Positions 63,833 to 64,000 of a stretch of 64,000 bases of DNA are shown here, one piece after another. The stretch spans positions 17,030 to 81,029 of the forward strand of contig CACIUJ010000001.1 in NCBI GenBank assembly GCA_902589795.1. The letters are read 5' to 3'. Position 1 is the first letter of the stretch; the number at the start of each line of letters is the position of its first letter. The translations under genes were made by a program, and so were the position numbers. The DNA is from an uncultured Pelagibacteraceae bacterium. Its GTDB lineage: Bacteria > Pseudomonadota > Alphaproteobacteria > Pelagibacterales > Pelagibacteraceae. Below the pieces are notes generated by a model, which saw nothing but the letters and a program-made list of their open reading frames with translations, ran no database searches and had not been told where the DNA came from.

Positions 63833-64000
63833 TTACTTATGTGTTTCAGTTTTAATTTTTAAAACTGCGCCTTCTTCTATCATTAAAGTTTTTTGGTTTA
63901 ATACGCCTTCAATATTTCCAGTTTTTCTTATTTTAATTTTTTCAGAATTTACATTGCCTTTCATTAGGCCTCCTATTGAGGCATTTTTAGACTCAATGTT
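63833..64000 (-). CDS. Bactofilin-like protein, C-terminal fragment (runs off the window)
   Basis: Hand translation of the minus strand: NIESKNASIGGLMKGNVNSEKIKIRKTGNIEGVLNQKTLMIEEGAVLKIKTETHK*, with the stop at 63833-63835. The periodic G/V/I beta-helix-like repeats are typical of bactofilins. Confidence 0.5.
   Translation of the reverse strand, partial: NIESKNASIGGLMKGNVNSEKIKIRKTGNIEGVLNQKTLMIEEGAVLKIKTETHK

Noticed and set aside
1-64000. Mobile elements, prophage remnants, CRISPR arrays, defence systems, tRNA/rRNA genes.
   Set aside because: No integrase, transposase or recombinase-like ORF. No direct or inverted long repeats and no repeat-spacer periodicity. No intergenic region is long enough (the largest are about 120-130 bp) to hold a tRNA plus promoter, and none showed cloverleaf-like GC stems. 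The island looks chromosomal and streamlined rather than recently mobile.

Overview
The window is AT-rich (about 30% G+C by eye) and very gene-dense. Most spacers are under 100 bp, and many start and stop codons overlap. Composition, streamlining and gene content suggest a SAR11/Pelagibacterales-type alphaproteobacterial chromosome segment; this is inference. I found no rRNA, tRNA, CRISPR array, transposase, integrase or long repeat.

The window is essentially one large methyl-group (C1) oxidation and osmolyte catabolism island. On the left side:
- an Amt transporter with a small membrane partner
- an operon for the N-methylglutamate route of methylamine oxidation (GS-like ligase plus mgsABC)
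- TMAO demethylase (tdm), the TMAO-type ABC transporter (tmoX/W/V) and trimethylamine monooxygenase (tmm)

In the centre:
- formate-THF ligase and heterotetrameric sarcosine-oxidase-type genes (soxBDAG)
- betaine-homocysteine methyltransferase and dimethylglycine dehydrogenase
- a second betaine-type binding protein and permease

On the right side:
- a sarcosine/dimethylglycine dehydrogenase paralog with etfBA and ETF-ubiquinone oxidoreductase
- hisI, folE, an AcuI/YhdH-type reductase and a LysR regulator

Three parts are not explained by described pathways and are the best candidates for something new:
1. An operon at 37111-43832: betaine-type binding protein, permease, an M19 'dipeptidase' whose metal ligands look degenerate, two proteins of unknown family (556 aa and 204 aa), and an aldehyde dehydrogenase.
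2. A five-gene minus-strand cluster at 44477-49747: Rieske oxygenase without a reductase, M24 hydrolase, Fe/2OG oxygenase, carnitine-dehydrogenase-like enzyme and an MDR reductase. It sits divergent from a short MTHFR-like gene plus a DmdA/LigM-like THF methyltransferase (49841-51986).
3. An orphan DAO-family flavoprotein (10921-12267) wedged between tdm and the methylamine operon, together with an uncharacterised 131-aa gene that ends that operon.

All functional calls come from reading motifs in the supplied translations. No database search was possible.
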